A stretch of DNA of 64,000 bases from a virus: IMG/VR virus record IMGVR_UViG_3300025276_000030, positions 6,933 through 70,932 of that record; one strand, written 5' to 3'. Below, piece by piece: positions 20,401-28,294 of the stretch (position 1 is the stretch's first letter; each line of letters opens with the position of its first letter). The notes beneath the pieces were generated by a model. The model worked only from the letters and a program-made list of their open reading frames with translations. It was not told the DNA's origin and searched no databases. Position numbers and translations under genes: made by a program.

Positions 20401-23400
20401 ATACCTTTTGTAGATGTTCCTGCAAGTATATTAGTATTTGAATCAGTTACTAAATGTAGATGCTGTTCTGCATTAGATACTCCTATTTGATTAACTGCTG
20501 GTGATGCAGAATGAGATTGTCCGTATTGACTTACTCTAATAGTATTATTAGAAGTATGTAATGAGTAAAAAGCATGCTGTACTCCTGATGCTGATGCTGC
20601 TTGTGTTAATGCTATATTTTGTCCGTAGTAAGTGGTTGCTTTTGCATCTCCATTTACATGAAATTTATGACTAGGGCTAGTTGTACCTATCCCGACTTTT
20701 CCACCATACGGCTGTAATTGAAGCTCACCATCATTGGAGCCTTTATATGTTTGCCATTGAAATTCTCCAGTACCTTGTCTTCTAATATACGACATGTCCG
20801 TATTAGAAAGACCCATCGAGAGTAAATTTGTTGTGGAGTAAAGAGCTAATTTTGTAACGCCTCCTGTAGTGAAGGGTGTATGTGTTCCAATTCCAACGCT
20901 ACCAGCACCGTTAATACGCATTCTTTCAACATAAGTGCCACCACCACTTGGCGCTACATTAAATGCAAATCCATTATTAAATCCTTTTATTTCTCCACCG
21001 CTAGTAGCTATATTATCTCCTGAAACTCTTAGTAGTCCATCTCCACTAGTAGCATGTACGTGGAGTTTTTGGGAAGGAGCAGTTGTTCCTATACCAACGT
21101 TGTTGCCTACTAAAGCCATAGTGTGTGATGTACCAGACCAGAAGTTTATATCTGCACTATTGTACATATTAAAAGATAAAGCTCCTTGACCAGCGCTTGA
21201 TCTATTGGAACTATTTCTCCATATTTCACCGTGAGCAGCATCATTATTTAACCACTTTTTACTTACATAAGCATCTGCCCCACTATTTGAGTTTTTAACC
21301 ACAACACTAAAAAGGCCTGAGTTTACAGTACCTAATATGTCTAGTTTAGATGTAGGATTACTACTTCCAATACCTACATTACCATTTTCATTTATTGCAA
21401 GTTTAACATTTGCTGTTGCAGAAGTGCCTTCAGCTATAAAAAGTCTTGTAGAATCAGCAGAGAAAAACCATTTAGTATCTGATCCACCACCTCTTGTTAA
21501 TTGCAGTAATTCCTGTGCTCCAGAAACTGTTAACTTAGAACTGGGATTATTTAACCCTATACCGACGTTTGCGTTATTACCATCTATAGTCATAGCGTCT
21601 GTGTAATAAGCAGAGCTTTCACCAGAACTAGCTGTAGTCTTAACTTGAAAAGCTAAATTACCATGATTAGTAGGATCAGAAGGTTTAGTTGTAAGAACCA
21701 TTTTAGCTGCTAGAACATTACCTGTGCTTGAAACTCTTACAAGAGCTATTTTAGCATCTTGATTAGTTGTATTTCCTGTCCCACCGTTTACAGCTAATTT
21801 ATCTATAGGACTTGTTGTTCCGATTCCAACGTTGCCGCTATTAATATAGTTATTTCCACTACCTCTTAACAATACGCTTGTGGCTGCTGAATTATTAGCT
21901 AATAGTAAAGCACCATCTCCGCTTCCAGTTTCAATAACACTTGCGATAACGCCAGAAGTAGCATTTCTCAATACAACTATTCCATCATCTGCTCCAGTAG
22001 ATTTTACAACTAATTTTTTAGCAGGACTAATTGTTCCAATACCAACGTTACCTGCAGCGTTAATATCAAATCTATGTGCACCTGCCGTAGCATCATATAC
22101 ATAAAATTGACCGTTAGGGGTTGTACTACTACCACCGGTTCCTATTCTAAATTCTCTTGCAGCTTTTACTTGAACTTCAGCATAACTAGTAGCAACAGAA
22201 GTTTCAACCATTATACCTCTAACATCACCTGTAGTACGTTTTAAATGTAGTTGTTTAGTAGGACTAGTTGTTCCAATACCAACGTTTCCAGCACCACCTC
22301 CTGCACTATTTCCTATTGTTAAATAAGTTGTTGATCCTTCTCTAATTTGAAATTGGTAATTATTTGCTGAATTAGTTCCAACTAAATTCCATTGATATGT
22401 TGTTCCTAAAGCACTCGAATTAGGATTGAGTGTTAAAAACGCAGCAGTATTTCCTGATCTTTGTATTTTAGTATCTCCTTCTACAGTAAGCTTTGTTCCT
22501 GGACTAGTCGTACCAATACCAACGTTGCCCGAAGTCTTGAGTACAACTAATTTAGAGGTTGTTAAATTATCATTAACATCATCTAAAGCAAAGTATGTTT
22601 GACTAGCTGGAATACCAAAAACCCATTTAGAAGATCCGGGGCTTTCTAATTTTACATTACTTAGTCCGCTAGAGCTAAGGGCTGATATGTGCAATCTTGC
22701 ATCTATATTTGTTTCCCCGATACCGACTTGCCCTGTAGAGTTAATACGCATTCGTTCAACTCTAGTGTTAGACCCATTAAGGCTGTTTGTGAATATAAAT
22801 TCAGAAGTAGCAGTGTTTACGTTTCCAGCGTTTGCAGCAAAAGTCATATTTGCGTTTCCACTAGTTGGGCCAGAGATTTGACTTCTTGTACTTCCTGCTC
22901 CTACAGAGATTCCACCGTTTACTTGTAATTTAGTATCGTCCCAAGTAAAGTTTGCAGATCCTTCTAAGGAGTCTGATCCATTAAAGAATGCTATTCTTGT
23001 ATCAGCTGCTGAATTAATTGATGAAACTGTTCCTCCACTTCCTCCTGAGAATTCTATTATATTACCAGAAGAATCTACTCCTAATGATTTTGCTAATGAA
23101 CCTGATACTGTTCCTGAACCATATTGACCAATTTTAATCGATCCATCTACCTTAACAACCATTGCTGCGGTTGAACCTGCTGTAAGTGTAATTGAAGCAG
23201 ATGCAGCATTATTAGCTCCTTGTAATTCTATTTTTGACTCATACCCAGAAGATCCTGCTCCTGCATTAAAAACTAAATTACCAATTGCTGCTGTATTTGC
23301 TGTTGTTATAGTGTAAGGATAACCAGCATCGTATTGGATGTAAGCATTCGTTCCTAGTTTGTAACTACCGGCTACTTCTAAGTTTTTACCGGGGCTGGTC

Positions 23401-26114
23401 GTTCCAATACCAACGTTTCCATTTGTAAAGTAATGTACTCCTGAACCTGTTACTCTTAGTGAACCTGAGAATGAATGAATATCGTCTGATGAATCACCAA
23501 ATTTTGTTGACCCACTTTCGTATACTATGGAAGAGGAAACTAATTCTGTCTTAAATTCCTGTGCTGTTAGTGTACCTGCTACTACTACATCTCCTGTAAA
23601 AGTTGCGTTTTGAGATGAATCAATGGTTAAAGCAGTAGCATTGCCGTTTTGAAAAATTATTCCTTTTCCACTACCATTGTTTTTAATGTATAAATCTCCA
23701 TTTGTTGTTGCTGTTTTTTCTATAAAAGCATTATCTCCAACTACTCCTATTTGTAATTCCCAAGCATTAGAAGCTCCACCATAAATTGAATATTTGTTAT
23801 CAGGTAAAAATACATTTCCTCCAAAAGATGCTCCTGCGGTAGAACTTATATTTCCTGATAGATACAATTGTCTAAAAGCAAGTGTAGGGCTAAAACCTAA
23901 GTCAGTACTATTATGTGAGTTAGGGTATATATTTCTATTTACATCTACATTAAATACGTGAGTTCCACCAGCGAAAAACTTTAAATTATTTCCTGATGCT
24001 TTTAATGCTTCTGGCAATGTAATGCTTCCTGCAAATGTTGCGTTTTTTGAGTCTAGCGTTAAGGTTGTCTGTGCATTTGAGTAGAATACTTGTTTTATGC
24101 TACTTGATGCATAGTAAACCATATCCTCACTAGCATCTAATTCTAAATATCCTTTTTCGGAATTATCACTCCAAAAAGTAACTTTAGCAACACCTGCGTT
24201 TGTCTTTTTTAATCTTAATTCTGCTGCTGAACTTTCACCAATTACTATTTTAGTAGAAGCGTTTATATCATCATTTGCAGTAAGTTCTCCTGCAAAAGTT
24301 ACATGACCTGAATTATTTAATGTAATTGCAAGTGTTTTAGCACCATCATATTCAGTAGTTCCAATTTTACCATAAGGCACAGTCCCCGTTCTTCCACCTT
24401 CAAAATAAATACCTCTATCATTTGAAGTTCCTAATCTAATAGTACCACCACTACCGTCTGCATCAGACGAACCTTCAAACCTTGCAACTTCTGAAACAGC
24501 TCCAGATGAACCTGAGTTTTTAACATGTAATCTTGTAGCAGTAGTATCAAAAGCATAGGGATTAGTTGTTCCGAAACCAAAGTTTCCGCTTCCATTAAAG
24601 TATGTGTTTCCACTTACTGAAATGTTTGCAATGGCAGTACCACCAGCGTTTCTAAATCCGTAATTTTGGTCATTAAACACTCTAACATAATTCCCACCAT
24701 AAAAAGCACTGTTACCGCTTTCATTTATATGAAAAAGTCCTCCAGCAATATGTAATTTAGTTGACGGAGTAGTCGTCCCAATACCAACATTACCGTTTGC
24801 ATCAGCATGTAGTGCTACTCTACTACCACCATTGTATATATGAGTTAGTAATTGTACAGAGTTATCAGCTTGTGATGAAACTACAGTTCCAGCTGTGTTA
24901 GATATACGGATACCAGCAACACCACTTAAAACTGTTGATGCATTGTTTCCTGCTGCGCCAGTTTCAAAAAGTCCTGTATCAGCTCTAGAATACCCTATAT
25001 ATTGCCTAGTATTTTTTGCAACTTGATAAGTACCTATTTTTATACTATCATCTAAGCTTCCATTACCACCTAGTACTAATTTGTAAGTTGGAGCGGTATT
25101 ACCAATACCAACGTTGCCTGAGGTTGCTAAAACAACCCTAAAGTTAGATACATCATTATCATAAATGTAAAAAGCACCTGGTACACTTGATCCTGTACCA
25201 CCGACTGCTAATTCATATTGTCTAGTACCTGTATTGCCTATAGCAAAAACAGTTTGCGAAGAATTACTACTAGATAATTTTATACCTGGTGTTGATCCGT
25301 TTTGAACCGCAGCTCCAAATACATCTAACGGTGCAACAGGTACAGATGATCCAATACCAACGTTGCCGCCTATCGCTACAGTTAATCTTTCAGCGCCACC
25401 TTGTACAACACTGTATCTAGATGCGTTAAAATAACTATTACCAGACACAAGGCCTGTATAAAAGTTTTTATTTGTTTCGCTACTTGTTGATGCAAATATA
25501 TCTGTTGTTCCAAAAGTTGTTCCAATAAAAGCATTTACATTATATTGTAATGAATTTGTTGTAGAAAAACCACCATCAAAAGTAGCAGATATTACTTTAT
25601 TAGTAACAGCTCCTAAAGTTCCGCTACCACCAATCTCTAGCTTAGTTCTAGGGTTATTCGTTCCGATACCTACGTTACCGCCTGATTTTAAAAGTACCGA
25701 TTCTGTTCCGTTAGGTCTAAAGGATATATTACCGGTTGTAGTTCCTACTATATAGTTATTTTTATTACCGGTAGTAGTTTTTAAATTTACTGTTGCTTGT
25801 GTAGGACCTTCAAAGGTAGCTGTATTACCTGCTGATCCTGACTGTTGTAAATCTCCGTATACCCTTACTCCGTTAGGCCAATTCCAAGTTGGTGAACCTA
25901 TAGAAATATATTGATTTTGTACGCTCCCATCTATAACTAACCCGTCACCATTATGGGTTAATCTGGCAAACTTGTTGCCATCTGATTTTAGAATTAGTGA
26001 GCTGTTAGACCCGGAGATTGTTAGGTCGTCATAAAACGAACCAGTTGTAGTAACGGTAAGTGAATTTAAGGTAGCTTCCGATCCGCTAACTATTAGTTTT
26101 TTCCAGTTTGGCAT
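17460..26114 (-). CDS. Long tail fibre/adhesin (2884 aa) without S74 chaperone
   Basis: About 23 GNVGIGTTxP-type repeats separating variable modules; N-terminus MPNWKKLIVSGS is shared with 26406..27410. Confidence 0.85.
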   Translation of the reverse strand: MPNWKKLIVSGSEATLNSLTVTTTGSFYDDLTISGSNSSLILKSDGNKFARLTHNGDGLVIDGSVQNQYISIGSPTWNWPNGVRVYGDLQQSGSAGNTATFEGPTQATVNLKTTTGNKNNYIVGTTTGNISFRPNGTESVLLKSGGNVGIGTNNPRTKLEIGGSGTLGAVTNKVISATFDGGFSTTNSLQYNVNAFIGTTFGTTDIFASTSSETNKNFYTGLVSGNSYFNASRYSVVQGGAERLTVAIGGNVGIGSSVPVAPLDVFGAAVQNGSTPGIKLSSSNSSQTVFAIGNTGTRQYELAVGGTGSSVPGAFYIYDNDVSNFRVVLATSGNVGIGNTAPTYKLVLGGNGSLDDSIKIGTYQVAKNTRQYIGYSRADTGLFETGAAGNNASTVLSGVAGIRISNTAGTVVSSQADNSVQLLTHIYNGGSRVALHADANGNVGIGTTTPSTKLHIAGGLFHINESGNSAFYGGNYVRVFNDQNYGFRNAGGTAIANISVSGNTYFNGSGNFGFGTTNPYAFDTTATRLHVKNSGSSGAVSEVARFEGSSDADGSGGTIRLGTSNDRGIYFEGGRTGTVPYGKIGTTEYDGAKTLAITLNNSGHVTFAGELTANDDINASTKIVIGESSAAELRLKKTNAGVAKVTFWSDNSEKGYLELDASEDMVYYASSSIKQVFYSNAQTTLTLDSKNATFAGSITLPEALKASGNNLKFFAGGTHVFNVDVNRNIYPNSHNSTDLGFSPTLAFRQLYLSGNISSTAGASFGGNVFLPDNKYSIYGGASNAWELQIGVVGDNAFIEKTATTNGDLYIKNNGSGKGIIFQNGNATALTIDSSQNATFTGDVVVAGTLTAQEFKTELVSSSIVYESGSTKFGDSSDDIHSFSGSLRVTGSGVHYFTNGNVGIGTTSPGKNLEVAGSYKLGTNAYIQYDAGYPYTITTANTAAIGNLVFNAGAGSSGYESKIELQGANNAASASITLTAGSTAAMVVKVDGSIKIGQYGSGTVSGSLAKSLGVDSSGNIIEFSGGSGGTVSSINSAADTRIAFFNGSDSLEGSANFTWDDTKLQVNGGISVGAGSTRSQISGPTSGNANMTFAANAGNVNTATSEFIFTNSLNGSNTRVERMRINSTGQVGIGETNIDARLHISALSSSGLSNVKLESPGSSKWVFGIPASQTYFALDDVNDNLTTSKLVVLKTSGNVGIGTTSPGTKLTVEGDTKIQRSGNTAAFLTLNPNSSALGTTYQWNLVGTNSANNYQFQIREGSTTYLTIGNSAGGGAGNVGIGTTSPTKQLHLKRTTGDVRGIMVETSVATSYAEVQVKAAREFRIGTGGSSTTPNGQFYVYDATAGAHRFDINAAGNVGIGTISPAKKLVVKSTGADDGIVVLRNATSGVIASVIETGSGDGALLLANNSAATSVLLRGSGNNYINSGNVGIGTTSPIDKLAVNGGTGNTTNQDAKIALVRVSSTGNVLAAKMVLTTKPSDPTNHGNLAFQVKTTASSGESSAYYTDAMTIDGNNANVGIGLNNPSSKLTVSGAQELLQLTRGGGSDTKWFFSADSTRLFIAEGTSATANVKLAINENGNVGIGSSNPTSKLDILGTVNSGLFSVVVKNSNSGADAYVSKKWLNNDAAHGEIWRNSSNRSSAGQGALSFNMYNSADINFWSGTSHTMALVGNNVGIGTTAPSQKLHVHATSGDGLLRVSGDNIATSGGEIKGFNNGFAFNVAPSGGGTYVERMRINGAGSVGIGTHTPFTTGGVTKLALYSTTNLLSMGLSNTDMSYIRRQGTGEFQWQTYKGSNDGELQLQPYGGKVGIGTTSPSHKFHVNGDAKATTYYGQNIALTQAASASGVQHAFYSLHTSNNTIRVSQYGQSHSASPAVNQIGVSNAEQHLHLVTDSNTNILAGTSTKGIFLRSGGNVGIGTRSPDYKFDVAGDIQNNGVFRKGGNVIIKSTGSETRIGPGGSGIVTFHNSATMTAGDETVRIDASGNLMLNNTSAGARLDIREDSGYAIRAENASGHYFRVNSGGDTEIAGDLTVAGILTAQEFHTELVSASIVYESGSTKFGNTSDDIHDFTGSLKVLGSVNSTSAGISNFERLHINSLQSWSAQDLGSASSGSVAFRINGRSGATNDFIISTAQGTANYTMQVVGNATTSGQLHINPFGGNVGIGTNSAGEILSVAGNAEIYSGTSSGYLNVGRNAQERITLQVDDNTNTINATNDSDGNGAHNFVLDRNFAGTGANNFLINKAGSTQMLIDTNGNVGIGATPRTIGTYRVLDISGTAGGYIGLSSGSTQQGELYSHSGGVDLVTLGAKYTRFYNNGGEKMRIHSSGNVGIGNTLDINKLDVSGNINLHGGNGGNLTFNNGDANITVSYNNANSVVGRDLSFKTYKAGVGNTEKMRITRDGDIGFGTTVVTNPGLWYDGTNKYLAISHWATPPTPAALLHISDNANNVDVPQIRIEGRENPGDTKLDISVRDPQVRFNLVEGSTDANNGYGLMTFKTNAIPNAAVNRGGFNFEVGATGGGVVQALTITNQSNVGIGTPTPQKKLHIEGPGGASASQVLVTGASDTIGSTAGILLRAESGEGDSALRAKGGIFFERTAANGLGKLHFANNGSNNNDSATLANSRMTILNNGNVGIGTTSPTNKLTVDDTIGIKRSGVAAITTLQQTGTGLILNAPSGYHPLVIKYNGSEKARFNNSGALHVVGDISGSGQLFVNTGTDTGDILQVKGNNNVFAARLDGSTTGGQSYGLRVRAGTNSVDAGLLIENTSGTDLFKVTGEGHVQIVSANISYHQNTDVDSSAAEVIATVSTGSYTGAFFDYTCVSGSNARIGTVMAVNVAGSVEFTDNSSDSIGVTSGVVLTVDISGGNMRLKAATTTNNWNIKTLVRSL

Positions 26115-26130
26115 ATTTTCTTAATTATGG

Positions 26131-26170
26131 TTGGCTACAGGATTGCCTGTCCACTTCCCTTTCGGGCCAA
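26131..26170 (-). ncRNA. Candidate cis-regulatory three-way-junction RNA in the fibre 5' leader
   Basis: UUGG-[CCC GAAA GGG]-AAGUGG-[ACAGG CAAU CCUGU]-AG-CCAA; GC-rich, three perfect stems. Confidence 0.55.
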
Positions 26171-26179
26171 TAATATACG

Positions 26180-26187
26180 TATAAATA
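26180..26187 (-). promoter_or_regulatory. TATTTATA late-promoter-like motif
   Basis: Exact motif between a hairpin and the structured leader. Confidence 0.55.
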
Positions 26188-26188
26188 G

Positions 26189-26209
26189 CAAAGGAGCCCG
26201 TAAGGCTCC
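26189..26209 (-). terminator. Probable intrinsic terminator or hairpin
   Basis: GGAGCC-UUACG-GGCUCC followed by a short UUUG, just after a stop codon. Confidence 0.5.
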
Positions 26210-26213
26210 ATTG

Positions 26214-26384
26214 TTATCTGTTTAATGTTTTGAGGTGAGTTGTCAGCAGGGTCCAGACTTTATAAAAGTGCTCGAATTCATGACCAGAATAGTTTGATGA
26301 TCTAAGATGTGTTAATACAAATTCAAGATCTTCTTTAGAAAGACCTTCTACTGCTTTCAATTTTTGCTTTGTTAAAATACCCAT
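26214..26384 (-). CDS. Small hypothetical protein (56 aa; not in the ORF track)
   Basis: MGILTKQKLKAVEGLSKEDLEFVLTHLRSSNYSGHEFEHFYKVWTLLTTHLKTLNR*. Confidence 0.65.
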   Translation of the reverse strand: MGILTKQKLKAVEGLSKEDLEFVLTHLRSSNYSGHEFEHFYKVWTLLTTHLKTLNR

Positions 26385-26405
26385 ATATAACTAATTTACT
26401 AATTT

Positions 26406-27410
26406 TTAAGAATAAATCCAAATTTCTCCTGAACCATCTACCTTAATGTTTCCATTTTTTTGATATTTAGCAGCATCTGCTTGACTATTAGCTACATCTA
26501 CTACTACTGGTGAAAATGCTTCTGGTGTTACTGATGTTGCATCTTTCTTAACTCCGTCTGCTAATGACCATCTAGAACTATTACCATCGTAATAGAATGC
26601 TGATCCTGAATCTGCTGTTCCTGCTTCTACGATAATACCACCTTCTCCTGTTGGTGCAGTTGAACCTGAACCTGCATTTAGGAATATAAATTTATCTTCT
26701 ACTTCTAAGTTTGAAGTATTTAATGTTGTTGTTGTTCCATTAACTGTTAAATCTCCTGTTACTACTAAGTTGGAAGAGAATGTTCTGTTACCTGTAATCG
26801 TATCTGGTAATGTTAATGTATAAGAAGGACCTCCACCTAATGCTTGAGCTGTAGTTCCTGTTACTCCAATTTCACCTGAAGTACCACTAATAGAAATTGT
26901 AGTATTACCTTGAACGGCTGTTCCTGCACCTGATCCGTAATCAACTGCTAATGCTGTACCAGCTCCACCACTTAAACCTGTACCGGCTACTGATGTTGCT
27001 ATTTGTGTTGCGGTTATACCAGCGTTATCAACTCCTATCGAAATATTATTGTTGGTTACTGTTGCTGTTAATGAAGTACCACCTACTACTGTTAAAGTGT
27101 CAGTTAGTAAACTTACATTATCTGTACCACTATTACCAGCAATTGCTAATACAGTAGGTAATCCTGTTAGGTTTGCACCGTCTCCTTGAAAAGAACCACT
27201 AAAGGAACCAGACATTATAGAAGCTGCTCCTGTGGATGTAATTATTGATGTTCCTAATGCTAAGGTGCTACTTGTAAATGTAATGCCAGAGTTTTCTAAT
27301 ACTCCTCCAGTACCTGCTACAATTATATTATTATCAGTTAGTACAGAAGATGTAACGGCACCTAAATGTGCGTTCGATCCACTAACTATTATCTTTTTCC
27401 AGTTTGCCAT
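26406..27410 (-). CDS. Short fibre/tail-associated structural protein
   Basis: G/S/T-rich; GDLTVNGTTTTLNTSNLEVEDKFIFLN is a common phage fibre segment. Confidence 0.7.
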   Translation of the reverse strand: MANWKKIIVSGSNAHLGAVTSSVLTDNNIIVAGTGGVLENSGITFTSSTLALGTSIITSTGAASIMSGSFSGSFQGDGANLTGLPTVLAIAGNSGTDNVSLLTDTLTVVGGTSLTATVTNNNISIGVDNAGITATQIATSVAGTGLSGGAGTALAVDYGSGAGTAVQGNTTISISGTSGEIGVTGTTAQALGGGPSYTLTLPDTITGNRTFSSNLVVTGDLTVNGTTTTLNTSNLEVEDKFIFLNAGSGSTAPTGEGGIIVEAGTADSGSAFYYDGNSSRWSLADGVKKDATSVTPEAFSPVVVDVANSQADAAKYQKNGNIKVDGSGEIWIYS

Positions 27411-27445
27411 GTTACAAAGTATGTTTTATATGTTATAAATATCGT

Positions 27446-28294
27446 CTAATTTTTAAATCCAAGGAAGTAGTCATCCGAAGCACTATAAAAGAGTCCCCCA
27501 CTAGCTGCGGTTGGTGTAACAGATTGGGATATAAATGTAGCTGTTCCCTGTTCATTAAATTCAAATTTTAAATCACCTCCAGAGGATACTGTAATCTTAT
27601 CTGATGAACCGTTTAATCCAAAGTCAAACGAACCTGATACTTTTAGGTCATTTGTTGTTGAATAATACGAACCTGTTTGTTCAAATAAACCTATATTAGG
27701 ATCATTTAGTAATGTTTTACCGATATACTGGTATACTGTGATGTATACTTTTTGATTAGCAGATGGTTTATTCTGATCAAACTGTACAACTCCTGTCTTA
27801 TAGTCAAACTGGTAATCGTTAATTGAAACTTTATCACTACCTGAAAGACTTCCGCTGTTAATAGATGTAGACTTATATACCACTACATTATATCCCGGTG
27901 TAACATCTTCTGTACCTGCATTTGTTAATGAAGGAGAAGAATACTTGCTTGATACAAAGTTAACTTGCTGATTAGCGTTAATAATTTGAGGTGTTACTCC
28001 AGAGTCGCTTCCTATTGGGTTCAAAAAGAACCATACATCTGAGTCTAGGTTTGATTTAGTAAGTTTCTGTCTAAACCAATACTTAATAACCCCGTTTTGT
28101 GTTTCCCCGTCTTGGCTGCTGCCACTAAAGGGTAAACTTGAAGCTGGTACTAAGTGATCTTGGGTGTAGACATCAGCGCTACTTATATCTAACGTAGAAG
28201 TAAATGCTTCCTGTTGCATAGAAAGATCCTGACTGGTAAATCTTCTACCTATCAGTAACCTTATTGCCTTTTTTGTGTTATCTATTAATCCCAT
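27446..28294 (-). CDS. Putative virion structural protein
   Basis: 282 aa, YQFDYKTGVVQF...ITVYQYIG; lies in the structural operon. Confidence 0.6.
   Translation of the reverse strand: MGLIDNTKKAIRLLIGRRFTSQDLSMQQEAFTSTLDISSADVYTQDHLVPASSLPFSGSSQDGETQNGVIKYWFRQKLTKSNLDSDVWFFLNPIGSDSGVTPQIINANQQVNFVSSKYSSPSLTNAGTEDVTPGYNVVVYKSTSINSGSLSGSDKVSINDYQFDYKTGVVQFDQNKPSANQKVYITVYQYIGKTLLNDPNIGLFEQTGSYYSTTNDLKVSGSFDFGLNGSSDKITVSSGGDLKFEFNEQGTATFISQSVTPTAASGGLFYSASDDYFLGFKN

Noticed and set aside
5109-26114. Recurring ccaataccaacgtt as a CRISPR array or DGR repeats
   Set aside because: Repeats are in-frame GNVGIG codons with irregular long spacing; I saw no reverse transcriptase and no adenine-specific TR/VR pair
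26131-26170. Hammerhead ribozyme
   Set aside because: Three-way junction, but no CUGANGA core, and its GAAA is a tetraloop rather than a junction strand
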